Of a stretch of 64,000 nt of DNA, positions 9,557 to 20,757 are shown in pieces (positions within the stretch are counted from its first letter, which is position 1; every line of letters starts with the position of its first letter). The position numbers were made by a program, and so were the translations under genes. Under the pieces are notes generated by a model. The model worked only from the letters and a program-made list of their open reading frames with translations, was not told where the DNA came from and did not search any database. The stretch is from Candidatus Amesbacteria bacterium GW2011_GWB1_47_19 (GTDB taxonomy: Bacteria; Patescibacteriota; Microgenomatia; CAZETR01; Amesbacteraceae), in assembly GCA_001002325.1 (NCBI GenBank), contig LCNZ01000007.1, forward strand, positions 91,410-155,409, given 5' to 3'.

Positions 9557-10756
9557 ATGGAAATAAAAGAATTATTAAGTACAGCTTTTGTGGCGATCAG
9601 GACGAACAAAACCCGGTCGGTGCTGACTACTTTGGGGATTATCATCGGGGTGGGTTCGGTGATATTGTTGGTGGCGATAGGCAGCGGACTTCAAAGTTTT
9701 GTGACAAAAGAGTTTGAAGCTTTGGGATCAAATGTATTGTTTATCTCTCCGGGTAGAGTAAGTTTTTCAGGCGGACCCCCGCAAAATGTGGAAGCCAAAT
9801 TTGATTTTGAAGATGTGCGGAAGATAGGTGAACTGGGGGCACCGATAGTCAAATCGAGCGGAATGATATCCAAGGGAGTGACTATAAAATACCGGTCCGA
9901 GTCTTTTTACGGAAACTTAGCGGGGGTGGAAGAAGACTACCAGGAATTCGGCAATGTGGAAATTGATAAGGGACGTTTTTTTACCAAGAATGCGGTAGAA
10001 AGGGGACAATTTGTAGGAGTGATAGGGCATAAGGTTTACACGGAATTGTTCGGTGAAGGCAGAGAGGCTGTGGGGAAAGAAGTGGACATCTCGGGAAGAC
10101 AAATAAAAGTTATCGGTGTCCTGAAGGAAAAAGGGGGAGGAATCGGGGGGAGCAGTAATGAAAATACTTTTGCCATAATTCCGGTTACCACGGCTTCGAA
10201 ATTGACGGGAATTAATAAACCGGCGGCGGTGATGGTCCGAACAGCTACGGCGGAAGACACAACCATCGCTACCCGGAAAGTAAAGGAATATTTTTACAGG
10301 AAAGATTTAACTGATGATGATTTTACAATCCTGGAACCCAAAGAGCTGTTGAGCACAATCAATTCGTTTTTGGGTGTGGTGACGGGAGCTTTATCGGGGA
10401 TTGCCGCAATATCGCTGGTGGTGGGTGGCATCGGGATTGCCAATATTATGCTGGTTTCCGTGACTGAAAGAACCCGGGAAATCGGTCTGAGGAAAGCTCT
10501 GGGAGCGACAAGAAGGGATATTTTGTTGCAATTTTTGATTGAGGCTGTAGTATTGTCTGTCGTAGGAGGGGGAATTGGGGTGGCCGGAGGCTGGGGACTG
10601 TCGGTATTGATGTCGCGATTCATTGAGACAGCGGTGACACCCTGGTCGGTGGGATTGGCATTCGGAATTTCTGCGGGAGTGGGGGTGGTTTCAGGGTTGG
10701 CTCCGGCAATCCGTGCCGCCAGGCTGGACCCCATTGCCGCCCTGAGGTATGAATAA
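9557..10756 (+). CDS. ABC transporter permease, FtsX/MacB family.
   Basis: 399 aa with an N-terminal TM segment, a periplasmic domain and a C-terminal FtsX-like four-helix bundle. It completes a three-gene operon with the two genes upstream. Confidence 0.75.
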   Translation: MEIKELLSTAFVAIRTNKTRSVLTTLGIIIGVGSVILLVAIGSGLQSFVTKEFEALGSNVLFISPGRVSFSGGPPQNVEAKFDFEDVRKIGELGAPIVKSSGMISKGVTIKYRSESFYGNLAGVEEDYQEFGNVEIDKGRFFTKNAVERGQFVGVIGHKVYTELFGEGREAVGKEVDISGRQIKVIGVLKEKGGGIGGSSNENTFAIIPVTTASKLTGINKPAAVMVRTATAEDTTIATRKVKEYFYRKDLTDDDFTILEPKELLSTINSFLGVVTGALSGIAAISLVVGGIGIANIMLVSVTERTREIGLRKALGATRRDILLQFLIEAVVLSVVGGGIGVAGGWGLSVLMSRFIETAVTPWSVGLAFGISAGVGVVSGLAPAIRAARLDPIAALRYE

Positions 10757-10791
10757 TTGTTTTATATAGATTTATAACCTATAATGTGTGA

Positions 10792-11019
10792 ATGGGATGC
10801 CTTAAGGAACTGGCGGGAGTGGGAGGAGCTGTTTGTCTGGGTGTGGGGACGTTGGGCGTGATTGTGTGTTTTGGGGCTGCTTTGAATCCGGAAAATTCAA
10901 TTGAAGTTCAATATGAATTATTCAATGGATTTTTGAAATTTTATGGGTTACTTGCGGTTGGACTTTTACTGTCGGTATTTGGGAGTGATGGAAAGCCGAA
11001 AAATGGGAATTTATCTTAA
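10792..11019 (+). CDS. Hypothetical small membrane protein.
   Basis: 75 aa, hydrophobic. Confidence 0.25.
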   Translation: MGCLKELAGVGGAVCLGVGTLGVIVCFGAALNPENSIEVQYELFNGFLKFYGLLAVGLLLSVFGSDGKPKNGNLS

Positions 11020-11066
11020 GAATGTGGGGATATTAACTGGTATTGGCCCGAGGTATGAATAGGGGT

Positions 11067-11095
11067 TGACAGGGGATGGGGGGACAGGTAATATC
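11067..11095 (+). promoter_or_regulatory. Candidate sigma70 promoter (TTGACA, 17-nt spacer, TAATAT) upstream of tRNA-Ala/23S.
   Basis: ttgacaggggatggggggacaggtaatat. Confidence 0.4.
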
Positions 11096-11192
11096 AGGCT
11101 ACCTTTGCGAGGCTGTATATATTTCATGGAAACTTTGCTTGTACCCAATTTTGACGAAAGCCATTAGGACTATCGGGTAGGCAAAGCTGTGG

Positions 11193-11222
11193 CCCCGCGA
11201 ATGCGGGGTTTTTTTATTTACA
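11193..11222 (+). terminator. Hairpin plus T-tract (gccccgc gaat gcggggt ttttttt), between the candidate promoter and tRNA-Ala.
   Basis: A GC-rich 7-bp stem followed by seven T residues. Confidence 0.4.
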
Positions 11223-11237
11223 ATTTATTTTATCCGG

Positions 11238-11310
11238 GGGCCCATAGCTCAGTTGGCTAGAGCGTCGCATTTGCAATGCGGAGGTCGCCGGTCCGAGCCC
11301 GGCTGGGTCC
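11238..11310 (+). tRNA. tRNA-Ala (anticodon UGC).
   Basis: Cloverleaf with anticodon loop uuUGCaa and the G3:U70 alanine identity pair. It lies immediately 5' of the 23S gene. Confidence 0.85.
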
Positions 11311-11892
11311 ACTATTGAAAGTTGACCCCGGTTTCCCTTCGCGGGAGGCCGAGGTTAGCTTTCAAAAAGTAAGGCTTGTACCTTGAAAAGTGAAGAGAAT
11401 AAAGTTAGTAGAGCCGTATTTTTTACTTCCGTAAGGCAGACAACGAATGCCTAGGATACTGAAGCCGAAGAAGGACGTACGTGGCCACGAAAGTCGTCGG
11501 GGAGCTGCCAAGAAGCTTTGATCCGGCGGTGTCCGAATGGGGAAACCCCCTCTTTATGAGGACCCCGCCTATGGCGGGGGGGGCACGCCCTGAACTGAAA
11601 CATCTAAGTAAGGGCAGGAAAAGAAATCAACGTTCGCGCAAGCGAGAGAGATTCCGTAAGTAAGCGGTGAGCGAAAGCGGAACAGCCTAAACCCCGCCGC
11701 AAGGCGAGGGTGTTGCGGGAAGGCCGAGTGACCGGCAAGGGTAGTCGAACTGTCTGGAAAGGCAGGCTATAAAACGTGACAGCCGTGTAGGCGAAACCCA
11801 AGCCGGCGTGAAGCCGAATTCCCAAGTACCATGAGGCACATACCTTGTGGGAATCCGGGGTGACCACACTCCAAGGCTAAATACTTCAGTGT

Positions 11893-11933
<41 letters not shown>

Positions 11934-13382
11934 GGGTGAGAAACCTAGTGAAATAGAACCTGAAATTGTCTGCTGTCAAGCAGACGGAGTCCCGCCTTTG
12001 GCGGGATGACGTCGTGCCTATTGAAGAATGATCCGGCGAGTTTTCGTTACATGCATGTCTAATCCGTCTAAAGCGGAGGAGGCGTAGTGAAAGCGAGGGT
12101 TAACAGCCCGTATATTGCATGTGATGGAAGACCCGAAACCTGGTGAGCTAACCATGAGCAGGGTGAACCCCGTCGAAAGACGGGGGGAGGCCCGCACTCG
12201 TCAGAGTTACAAATCTGTGAGATGACTTGTGGTTAGGGGTAATATGCCAATCGAACCAGGAGATAGCTGGCTCTCCCCGAAATATATATAGGTATAGCCT
12301 TAAGACTAACTTTCAAGAGGTAGAGCACTGGATGGGCAGGGCATCTTTAGGTGTCCTATTCAATCAAACTCCGAATTCTTGAAAGCTACATCTTAGGAGT
12401 CAGAACGACCCGGCTAAGCGGGCCGCTCTAAAGGGAAACAACCCAGACTGTCGTCTAAGGCCTCTAAATGAATGCTCAGTGTTGAACGAAGTCAAATTCC
12501 TCAGACAGCCAGGAGGTTGGCTCAGAAGCAGCCATCCTTTAAAGAAAGCGTAACAGCTCACTGGTCGACCTTGGAATTTGGCGCGGAAAATGAACCGAGG
12601 CTTAAGCATTCTGCCGAAGACACAGATTTTTTTGACGTTCGCGTCAAAAAAGTGGTAGGGGAGCGTTGAAGGAGCAGTGAAGTCCCTCTGTAAAGATCGG
12701 GATGGAGCGACTTCAAGTGAGAATGCCGGAATGAGTAGCGTAAGCCCGATGAGAATTCGGGCCGCCGAAACCCCAAGGTTTTCCCAGCCATGTTGTTCAG
12801 CTGGGAGTGAGTCGGCACCTAAGGTGAGGCCTAAGTTGGCGTAACCGATGGACGAGCCGTTAACATTCGGCTACATGATAAGTATCGTTATAAAATCAGG
12901 GATGGACAAAATGAGAATATCCGAACGCACGTAGTGAATGTGGCGTTTAAGCAGCAAGACAGTTAGGCTTGGAAAAACCGGTCTGACGTTTAATTGAGCT
13001 GTGATGAGAAGTCTGGCGAGAAATCAACGGGCAACTCGGACGGTTTTTGTTTTCCAGAAAAGATTCGTGGTGAGATATTTATTATGCCGTACCGCAAACC
13101 GACACTGGTGGGGTGGTCGAGTAGACCAAGGCGATCGGGAGAAGGTAGTTCAAGGAACTCGGCAAAAAATCTGGACGTAATCTAGAGAGATGTCCTTCCC
13201 GCCTATGGCGGGACGCAGCGAAAGATTATTCCCCGACTGTTTAACTAAAACACAGGTCTGTGCAAACTTGAAAGAGAAAGTATACAGGCTGAGGCCTGCC
13301 CAGTGCTCGTAAGTTAAGTGGATGGCTGAGATTACATCAAGGCTTGAAATGAAGCCCGAGTGAACGGCAGCAGTAACTATGA

Positions 13383-14074
13383 GCCGAAAGGCCGTTGTAG
13401 TTAAAAAAGTCGACTATATGCTGGAATATCTGGAGTATCTAGCACTAGTTTATTTCGGGTATATTTCGGAGTAGACTGAAAATGTGTCTAGTGCAGACAA
13501 TCAGCAGGAAAGGTTAAAGACAGGACATTTTTTGGCAGGATTTGTTGAAGGCGAAGGAAGTTTTAATATTTCCATACGCCGTAAAGCAGACTATAAAGTA
13601 AGTTGGCAGGTGGTGTTGAGCTTTAATGTATCTCAACGCGATCCATCACTTTTATATTTGCTAAAACAAACTCTTGATTGTGGGATTATTAAAAAACGTT
13701 TTGATGGTGTTTATTCGTTTGATGTGACAACACCTGCGGACGCGATTTATAAAGTAATTCCATTTTTCCAAGAATTTCCGCTTCGTTCAAAGGATAAAAT
13801 TCGTAACTTTAACTTATTTGTTAAAGTGGCGAATTTAATGAAGAACGGAGAACACAAAACCCAAGAAGGACTGTTTAATATTCTGAGCATCAGAGAGAAA
13901 ATAAACTTGGGTAAGGGGAGGACTAGAAAATATTCGATTTTCGATGTATTTCCCAATCTGTCTTTAGAATCCCCAGAGACTATACGTCGACTTCGGCAAT
14001 CGCCGAAATGATATAGTCCGGACTCCATGGCGACATGGAGAGACGTAACCAATCGTCCTTTGTAACAAATCGAA
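13383..14074 (+). mobile_element. Group I intron 1 in 23S (E. coli position ~1917) with a homing-endonuclease gene.
   Basis: The exon breaks after ..gtaactatga and resumes at ..ctgttctatggtagcgaagttcc. Confidence 0.7.
13484..14011 (+). CDS. LAGLIDADG homing endonuclease (single-motif type).
   Basis: LAGFVEGEGSF motif. The ORF is inside the intron. Confidence 0.75.
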   Translation: MSSADNQQERLKTGHFLAGFVEGEGSFNISIRRKADYKVSWQVVLSFNVSQRDPSLLYLLKQTLDCGIIKKRFDGVYSFDVTTPADAIYKVIPFFQEFPLRSKDKIRNFNLFVKVANLMKNGEHKTQEGLFNILSIREKINLGKGRTRKYSIFDVFPNLSLESPETIRRLRQSPK

Positions 14075-14109
14075 CTGTTCTATGGTAGCGAAGTTCCTTG
14101 TCGGGTAAG

Positions 14110-14784
14110 CGGCGGAAGCAAGCCCGACGTAAAAAACTGACTCATATCGGTGGAGCCTCTTGACCTTCGGGTTTTATAAGGTCAGGATGGTAATACCGAG
14201 GGAAGTCGTCCGGTTGATAACTGGATTGACCCCGTAACGACTTAGGATGCACGTACATCCTGGAGGCATTATGCCTAACACGTCAGTATCACGGAATGTT
14301 TGCTGGTATCTATCGGGTTACGCCGATGGAGAAGGCAGCTTTTGTGTAAGTTTTTCTCCCAGAAATAAGTTAAGGTCCAAACTTGAAGTTAGACCGAGTT
14401 TTTCGGTATCGCAAAACGCTGATAGATCCGAAGTCCTTTCTCTGTTTCAACAGATATTGGGATGCGGAACTATCAGGCCAGATAGAAGCGATAAGACTTT
14501 AAAGTTTGAAATCCGAAGTTTATCTGAACTAGTTGAAAAAGTGATACCTTTTTTTGAAAAATATCACTTGATGTCTTCTAAAAGAAAAGATTTTTCTGTA
14601 TTTTCCCAAATTTGTCATTTGATGAATGAAGGAAATAAAAGTAAATCGGAATTAGAACATATCATTAGACTGGCGATGAAGATGAATGTTTCTGGAAAAA
14701 GAAAATATAACACACATAAACTTATAAGTATTTTGTGATAAAGGTATAGTCTATCCCATTGGTGACAATGGATTTAAAGATGAA
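14110..14784 (+). mobile_element. Group I intron 2 in 23S (E. coli position ~1931). It lies only ~35 nt of exon downstream of intron 1.
   Basis: The exon breaks after ..cttgtcgggtaag and resumes at gttccgacccgcacgaa. Confidence 0.7.
14247..14738 (+). CDS. LAGLIDADG homing endonuclease (single-motif type).
   Basis: LSGYADGEGSF motif. The ORF is inside the intron. Confidence 0.75.
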   Translation: MHVHPGGIMPNTSVSRNVCWYLSGYADGEGSFCVSFSPRNKLRSKLEVRPSFSVSQNADRSEVLSLFQQILGCGTIRPDRSDKTLKFEIRSLSELVEKVIPFFEKYHLMSSKRKDFSVFSQICHLMNEGNKSKSELEHIIRLAMKMNVSGKRKYNTHKLISIL

Positions 14785-15310
14785 GTTCCGACCCGCACGA
14801 AAGGCTTAACGAGGGAATAACTGTCTTGAACTATCACCCGGCGAATTTGAAATGGCTGTGAAGATGCGGCCTAACTCTACTAGGACAAAAAGACCCTATG
14901 GAGCTTTACTGTACCCAGGCCCTGTTTTGGATTTTGAGATAGTTTAGAGTAGGAGGGAGTTCTCGGACAAAAGTGAAACACCTCCCGTTTTGGAATTTCA
15001 AAACTTACCCAGACCAGCTGGAAACGCTGGTGGGGACGAGGTCTGGATGGCAGTTTTACTGGGGAGGTATCCTGCTAAAAGGTAACGCAGGAGTACCAAG
15101 GTGCACTAGGCTCGGATGGAAATCGAGCGAGTCGTATAACGGCATAAGTGCGCTTGACTGCGAGAGCGACGGTTCGAGCAGGGACGAAAGTCGGTCGTAA
15201 TGATCCTCGTTAGCCTTGTGGGAGGCTACGAGCTTAACGGATAAAAGCTACCCTAGGGATAACAGGCTGATCGCCGCCAAGAGTCCATATCGACGCGGCG
15301 GTTTGGCACC

Positions 15311-16135
15311 TTAACCAAAAAGGTCATCGGGGTGCATGGCTAGCAATAGCTTTAGCAAGTCTGTTTTAATTGGTTATTTCTGACTCATATCGGGGAACTC
15401 CTTGAATTCGTGTTTGTTTCGGTTTAGTCTAGATTAACATGAACGAGGACAATCCCGAGGGAAGTCTTACGGAAATGGAAAAGCACATTGTTGAGGGTTG
15501 CCTATTGGGTGACGCAACGATGAGAATAAAAACTAATTCTTTGATTGAAATCAACCACTCTTTCAAACAGAAGGCCTTGGTTGATCATTTGTACTTTGTT
15601 TTGAAAAGATTTGTGATTACAAAACCAAAAATGCGGAGAGGTAATGGAACAAGGTTTGCTTATCGGTTTACTACCCGGTCTTTATCTTTGTTCAACGATT
15701 TTTTCTTTCGCTTTTATGCTGGTGGGAAAAAGAAAATTCCTCATGATCTAGATTTAACTCCTGTTCATCTGGCGTATTGGCTTATGGATGATGGGAGCAG
15801 AACTTATAATACCGTGTATTTAAATACTCAACAATTTATAAAAAGTGATCAAGAGGTATTATTAAGCAAACTCCGTGAATTACACATTGCGGCTTCGTTA
15901 AACAAAGACAAGACATATCAAAGAATAAGGATTGCCGTATCAAGCATTCCGAGATTGAAAAATGTGGTGATACCATATATTCTTCCGGAAATGCGATACA
16001 AAATTCCGTAATGACCCTGTATCGACTTGTGGTTTCAAGACCACGGACTCGCCTTTCGGCGGGTAAGACGTCAGCTCCCGATTTGCTTTATTGGGATGAA
16101 GGTATAGTCAGCGCTTCGAGTAATCGGAGTATCTA
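15311..16135 (+). mobile_element. Group I intron 3 in 23S (E. coli position ~2449).
   Basis: The exon breaks after ..ggtttggcacc and resumes at ..gcgatgtcggctcaccctatcctgg. Confidence 0.7.
15439..16011 (+). CDS. LAGLIDADG homing endonuclease (double-motif type).
   Basis: Two motifs, CLLGDATM and WLMDDGS. The ORF is inside the intron. Confidence 0.65.
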   Translation: MNEDNPEGSLTEMEKHIVEGCLLGDATMRIKTNSLIEINHSFKQKALVDHLYFVLKRFVITKPKMRRGNGTRFAYRFTTRSLSLFNDFFFRFYAGGKKKIPHDLDLTPVHLAYWLMDDGSRTYNTVYLNTQQFIKSDQEVLLSKLRELHIAASLNKDKTYQRIRIAVSSIPRLKNVVIPYILPEMRYKIP

Positions 16136-16205
16136 TGCGATGTCGGCTCACCCTATCCTGGAGGGGCAGTACCTTCCAAGGGTCCGTCTGTTCGCCGGTT
16201 AAAAG

Positions 16206-16242
<37 letters not shown>

Positions 16243-17051
16243 GACCCGCCTTAACATTTGGCGGGTGACACTGAGCTGTCCATCCTTCAAAACGTTTTGA
16301 ATGTATAAGAGGAGTCTGTTAATTGAAGGTCCCAAAATCAGTTTGGGAATAAATCTGACTAAATGCTGGAAAACCTTGTTAAGTAGTATCTACTAGTATA
16401 TGATTTGTATACTAGTAACAAAGATACCTAATTCGGTGGATACGAAGCAAGGCAATCAGCAGGAAAGGCTAGTTAAAGAAATCAGCGACGATTATTTGAG
16501 AGGTTTTGTAGAAGGCGAGGGCTGTTTCTATATAGGAATAGTTAAGTCTTCTGAAACACTTACTCATTGGCAAGTGGTCTATTTTTTCAAAGTTTCCCAA
16601 AATCCATCCGGAAGGGTGGTGTTGGAGAAGCTTAAGGAAAAACTGGGCTGCGGTTATATTAAAAGAAATAGTCTAACTGACAAAACCGATAAAAGTTTGG
16701 CATTTGTTGTGAGAGACTTGCCAAGTTTGTCCGAGAAAGTAATTCCGTTTTTTAAGGATATGCTGTTTACACAAAAGAAGGACGACTTTCAAAAGTTTTC
16801 TCAAGTTGTGGTAATAGTATCTTTGGGGAAACATCTAAAAAAGACCGGAATGAAAGAAATTCTTGACGTCGCTTATACGATGAATACAGGTAAACGCAAG
16901 TATTCAAAGGAAGAGATACTGAAGAATTTTGATGACTAGAATCCTCAACGACTATACGTCAGATCCCGCTTGGCGGGAAAGATATAGTCTGAACCCTATA
17001 GTGATATAGGGAGCGAATACTATTCGCCGTTTTTTAACGTAACAATAATGT
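16243..17051 (+). mobile_element. Group I intron 4 in 23S (E. coli position ~2593, the classical I-CreI/I-CeuI homing region).
   Basis: The exon breaks after ..cgtgagacagtt and resumes at cggtctctatccagtagag..cagtacgagaggacc. Confidence 0.7.
16400..16939 (+). CDS. LAGLIDADG homing endonuclease (single-motif type).
   Basis: LRGFVEGEGCF motif. The ORF is inside the intron. Confidence 0.75.
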   Translation: MICILVTKIPNSVDTKQGNQQERLVKEISDDYLRGFVEGEGCFYIGIVKSSETLTHWQVVYFFKVSQNPSGRVVLEKLKEKLGCGYIKRNSLTDKTDKSLAFVVRDLPSLSEKVIPFFKDMLFTQKKDDFQKFSQVVVIVSLGKHLKKTGMKEILDVAYTMNTGKRKYSKEEILKNFDD

Positions 17052-17181
17052 CGGTCTCTATCCAGTAGAGTCGTGGAGTTTTTGAGGGGGTCTGACCTCA
17101 GTACGAGAGGACCAGGTTGGAGGCACCACTGGTGTGCCGGTTGTAGCGTCAGCTGCACCGCCGGGTAGCTAAGTGCCTACG

Positions 17182-17214
<33 letters not shown>

Positions 17215-17420
17215 CTACCCAAGATAAGAAACTCGTCCCGCCGTAAGGCGGGTAAAGACACGGGGTAGACTACCCCGTATAAGAGGCTGGCGGTGTAAGT
17301 TCGGTAACGGATTTAGCCTACCAGTACTAATAAGTCTTTTCGAAGTTGATTTACGGTTTTTACTGCTTTCATTCTCTTCACCTTTCGGGGTACAAATAAA
17401 ATTCATTTAAGAGCGCATTG

Positions 17421-17540
17421 TTCTCGGTCATCTGAGCGGCGTGGAACTACTTCTTCCCATTCCGAACAGAACCGTAAAACGCGCCAGCGCCGACAATAGC
17501 TGAGGGGCAACCTTCCGTGAAGATAGGTCATGGCCGAGAA
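17421..17540 (+). rRNA. rrf: 5S rRNA.
   Basis: The CCGAACAGAACCGTAAAACGCGCCAGCGCCGA core matches 5S loop B/C. A terminal helix forms between ttctcggtcat and atggccgaga. A longer flanking stem and a T-tract follow. Confidence 0.8.
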
Positions 17541-17611
17541 TAATGCGCTTTTTTATGTTTAGAAGCTAGTTATTTTGAACTTAGGTATATTATAGGTTAT
17601 AATCTGACGTT

Positions 17612-17890
17612 ATGAGTTGGTTTGATCCTATGAACAAGAATGATCGGGAAAAGGCGGAAGAGATAATGGGTAATCCTGATGACCCGAAACACCGAGAAAT
17701 TCGGAAACTTGGATGTATTCACGTTGCGTTTTGCCTATTAGCAGTTGGTATTTCGTTTGCATTATATGAGACTATAGACAAGAATTTGCCTGTATATTTA
17801 ATGCTGGCGGTAGGCTTATCGGTTGTAGGAATGTATTTTTCAAGGAGAAATGCCGCGAAAGTGATAAGAAGACAAGATGGGGAGGAGTAA
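17612..17890 (+). CDS. Hypothetical membrane protein.
   Basis: 92 aa with two hydrophobic segments. Confidence 0.3.
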   Translation: MSWFDPMNKNDREKAEEIMGNPDDPKHREIRKLGCIHVAFCLLAVGISFALYETIDKNLPVYLMLAVGLSVVGMYFSRRNAAKVIRRQDGEE

Positions 17891-17984
17891 AATCAGTGGA
17901 TGGGACGAAAGAAAGTGGCATTGGTACTGCATGGGTATCCGGCGGTACTGTCGAATTTGAAAAAGGCTGATTTGATAAACTCAT

Positions 17985-19001
17985 GTGGTAATGATTAAGG
18001 TAATTGCGGCAGTATTAATCGGAATAGTTTTGGGGGGATTGGGGATGGGGGGATATTTTCAGCTGACGGAAAAAACGAAATTGCCGGCGGAACAAAGGGA
18101 AGAAAAACAATTGACACTTTTGAAATACAGCATTGAGAATTTGAGCCAAAGAGCCTATGGGTCGGTGATAGTTTGGGATGAGGCATCGGCAACGATGGCG
18201 GCTAACCTTGGAAAACCCGGATTTACCGCCAGGCGGTTTCATTTTGATTCAGACGGGCGGCGGGTGAACGGATTGGCGCATATTCCCGAGGGGAACGGGC
18301 CTTTTCCGGTGATAATACAGATCAGGGGGTTTATAGATCAAAGCGGCTATCTGCCTGGCGCAGGGACGTGGCGGAGCGCGGAAAAGTTTGTCCAGGCGGG
18401 ATTTTTGTCGCTGGCTCCGGACTTTTTGGGATACGGGGGATCAGATAATCCGTCAGCGAATATCTTTGAGGCCAGATTTCAGACTTACACGACTGTTTTA
18501 AATCTACTGGCTGACATATCCTCTTTACCTATGGCAGATGCGGGGAAAGTGGGTCTGTGGGGACACAGTAACGGCGGGCAAATAGCATTGACGGTTTTGG
18601 AGGCATCGGGGCGGGATTATCCCACTTCACTTTGGGCTCCGGTAACGGCTAGATTTCCCTATTCGATTCTGTATTATACCGATGACGCTGAAGACGGGGG
18701 AAAAGCGCTGAGGGAAGATCTGGCAGAATTTGAGAGCGATTATGATTCGGATGAATTTGCCATGACTCAACATCCGGATTTAATAGATGCCCCAATAATC
18801 TTACATCAAGGTACAAGGGATACCTGGGTACCGGTAAGCTGGAGCAGAAACTTGGTGAAAAGACTGAAAGATCTGGATAAAAAAATTAATTATGTTGAAT
18901 ATCCCGGAGCGGACCATAATTTATTACCCGTGTGGCAGACGGTGGTAGATAAGGACATTCAGTTTTTTAGAGAAGAGATGGGGTTGACGCAAAGCGAATA
19001 G
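17985..19001 (+). CDS. Alpha/beta-hydrolase fold protein (peptidase S9/dienelactone-hydrolase-like) with an N-terminal membrane anchor.
   Basis: GHSNGG nucleophile elbow and a C-terminal HQGTRDTWVP..YPGADHNL block. Confidence 0.55.
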   Translation: MVMIKVIAAVLIGIVLGGLGMGGYFQLTEKTKLPAEQREEKQLTLLKYSIENLSQRAYGSVIVWDEASATMAANLGKPGFTARRFHFDSDGRRVNGLAHIPEGNGPFPVIIQIRGFIDQSGYLPGAGTWRSAEKFVQAGFLSLAPDFLGYGGSDNPSANIFEARFQTYTTVLNLLADISSLPMADAGKVGLWGHSNGGQIALTVLEASGRDYPTSLWAPVTARFPYSILYYTDDAEDGGKALREDLAEFESDYDSDEFAMTQHPDLIDAPIILHQGTRDTWVPVSWSRNLVKRLKDLDKKINYVEYPGADHNLLPVWQTVVDKDIQFFREEMGLTQSE

Positions 19002-19012
19002 GTTGGTAATAA

Positions 19013-20749
19013 TTGATGGTGCGCGGAATAAAATACGTCTTCGTTTCCGGAGGAGTGATATCCGGGTTGGGAAAGGGGATAACAGCCGCCTCGACGGGGT
19101 TGCTTTTAAATTCCAAGGGGGTGAGGACAACGATGGTGAAAATTGATATGTACCTGAACGTGGATGCGGGGACGATCAGGCCGGCAGAACATGGGGAGGT
19201 ATTTGTGACCGACGACGGAATTGAAACCGATCAGGATATCGGTCACTATGAAAGATTTTTGAACCAGACTTTAAGAAGGGAAAATTATATGACCACGGGG
19301 ATGGTGTATAAGGCAGTGATAGACAGAGAGAGGGCCTTCGGATACAACGGGGAGGACGTGGAAGCGATTCCGCATGTTACGGATGAAATAATCGCCAGAA
19401 TTATTAAGGCCGGGGAAGTGAACAATGCCCAAGTGGTGATTGTCGAGCTGGGGGGGACGGTTGGTGAATATCAGAACGGATTGTTTTTTGAAGCCGGCAG
19501 GATAATGAAACTAAGACAACCCAAAGATGTGGTGCATATCCATGTTTCGTATCTACCGGTGATAAAAAGTATCGGTGAACTGAAAAGTAAACCGACCCAG
19601 CAGTCGGTGCATGTGCTCAATTCCATGGGAATACAGCAGGATTTCCTGGTGGCTAGGAGTGAGAAAGAGATAGACAAGAGACGACGGGAAAGACTGGCAT
19701 TATTCTGTAACATGCGGGATGAAGATATCATTACCAACCCCGATCTGACGAATATCTATGAAGTTCCGATTTGGCTTGAAAAACAGGACTTTTCGAATAA
19801 ATTACTGCGCAGAGCCGGCCTAAAGCCCCGGAAAAAAGATTTGAAAGAATGGCGGGAGTTTGCCGGAAAACTGGCAACAGGGGGAAAAGAATTAAGAATA
19901 GCCATGGTGGGTAAGTATTTTCAAACCGGTGATTATATGTTGTCTGATGCTTATATCTGTGTAATAGAGGCGTTAAAACATGCCGGGGTAATAATGGGAG
20001 TAAGGCCGGTGGTGGAGTGGGTGATTTCGGATAAAGTTGACAGGAAAGCGGTAGATAAACAATTGAATGGTTTTGACGGAATTATTGTACCCCAAGGATG
20101 GGGAAGCCGGGGAGTGGAAGGAAAAATTGCGGCGGTAGAATTCGCCAGGAGGAAAAAAATTCCGTACCTGGGATTGTGTTTCGGAATGCAGATGGCAGTT
20201 ATTGAATACAGCAGGAACATTCTGGGACTTGACGAAGCCAATTCGACTGAGGTGAATCCGAAAACTAAATATCCGGTGATTCATATCATGCCGGACCAAA
20301 AAAAGTATCTGGAAGCACACCATTACGGCGGAACGATCAGACTAGGTTCCTGGCCTTGCTCGGTTGAACCAGGGTCAATATTAGAGAAAGCGTATAAAAG
20401 TTATGGGAAAGAACCAAACAAAATTTTTAATGACCAATTTGAAATTTTAAATCAATTTAAAAATTTAAATTTGAATGAAAATTTGAAATTAAAAATTAGT
20501 AATTTAATTTATGAAAGACATAGGCACAGATATGAAGTGAATAATGAATATCGGGAAAAACTGGAAAAAGCAGGTTTGGTGGTGTCCGGAGTCAGCCCGG
20601 ACGGGAAGCTAGTGGAGGCGGTGGAGTTACCCCGGAAAGTACATCCGTTTTTCGTAGGCACCCAGTTTCATCCGGAATATAAATCCCGGCCGTTGTCAGC
20701 ACACCCGCTGTTTTTGAGTTTTATAAAAGCGGCCATTGACCGGAGATAG
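19013..20749 (+). CDS. pyrG: CTP synthase.
   Basis: N-terminal KYVFVSGGVISGLGKGI and C-terminal glutaminase ERHRHRYEVN..GTQFHPE. An AT-rich, low-complexity ~30-aa insertion lies at 20427-20520. Confidence 0.9.
   Translation: MMVRGIKYVFVSGGVISGLGKGITAASTGLLLNSKGVRTTMVKIDMYLNVDAGTIRPAEHGEVFVTDDGIETDQDIGHYERFLNQTLRRENYMTTGMVYKAVIDRERAFGYNGEDVEAIPHVTDEIIARIIKAGEVNNAQVVIVELGGTVGEYQNGLFFEAGRIMKLRQPKDVVHIHVSYLPVIKSIGELKSKPTQQSVHVLNSMGIQQDFLVARSEKEIDKRRRERLALFCNMRDEDIITNPDLTNIYEVPIWLEKQDFSNKLLRRAGLKPRKKDLKEWREFAGKLATGGKELRIAMVGKYFQTGDYMLSDAYICVIEALKHAGVIMGVRPVVEWVISDKVDRKAVDKQLNGFDGIIVPQGWGSRGVEGKIAAVEFARRKKIPYLGLCFGMQMAVIEYSRNILGLDEANSTEVNPKTKYPVIHIMPDQKKYLEAHHYGGTIRLGSWPCSVEPGSILEKAYKSYGKEPNKIFNDQFEILNQFKNLNLNENLKLKISNLIYERHRHRYEVNNEYREKLEKAGLVVSGVSPDGKLVEAVELPRKVHPFFVGTQFHPEYKSRPLSAHPLFLSFIKAAIDRR
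20427..20520 (+). repeat. AT-rich low-complexity in-frame insertion in pyrG.
   Basis: ccaatttgaaattttaaatcaatttaaaaatttaaatttgaatgaaaatttgaaattaaaaatt. Confidence 0.6.
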
Positions 20750-20757
20750 TATCATGG

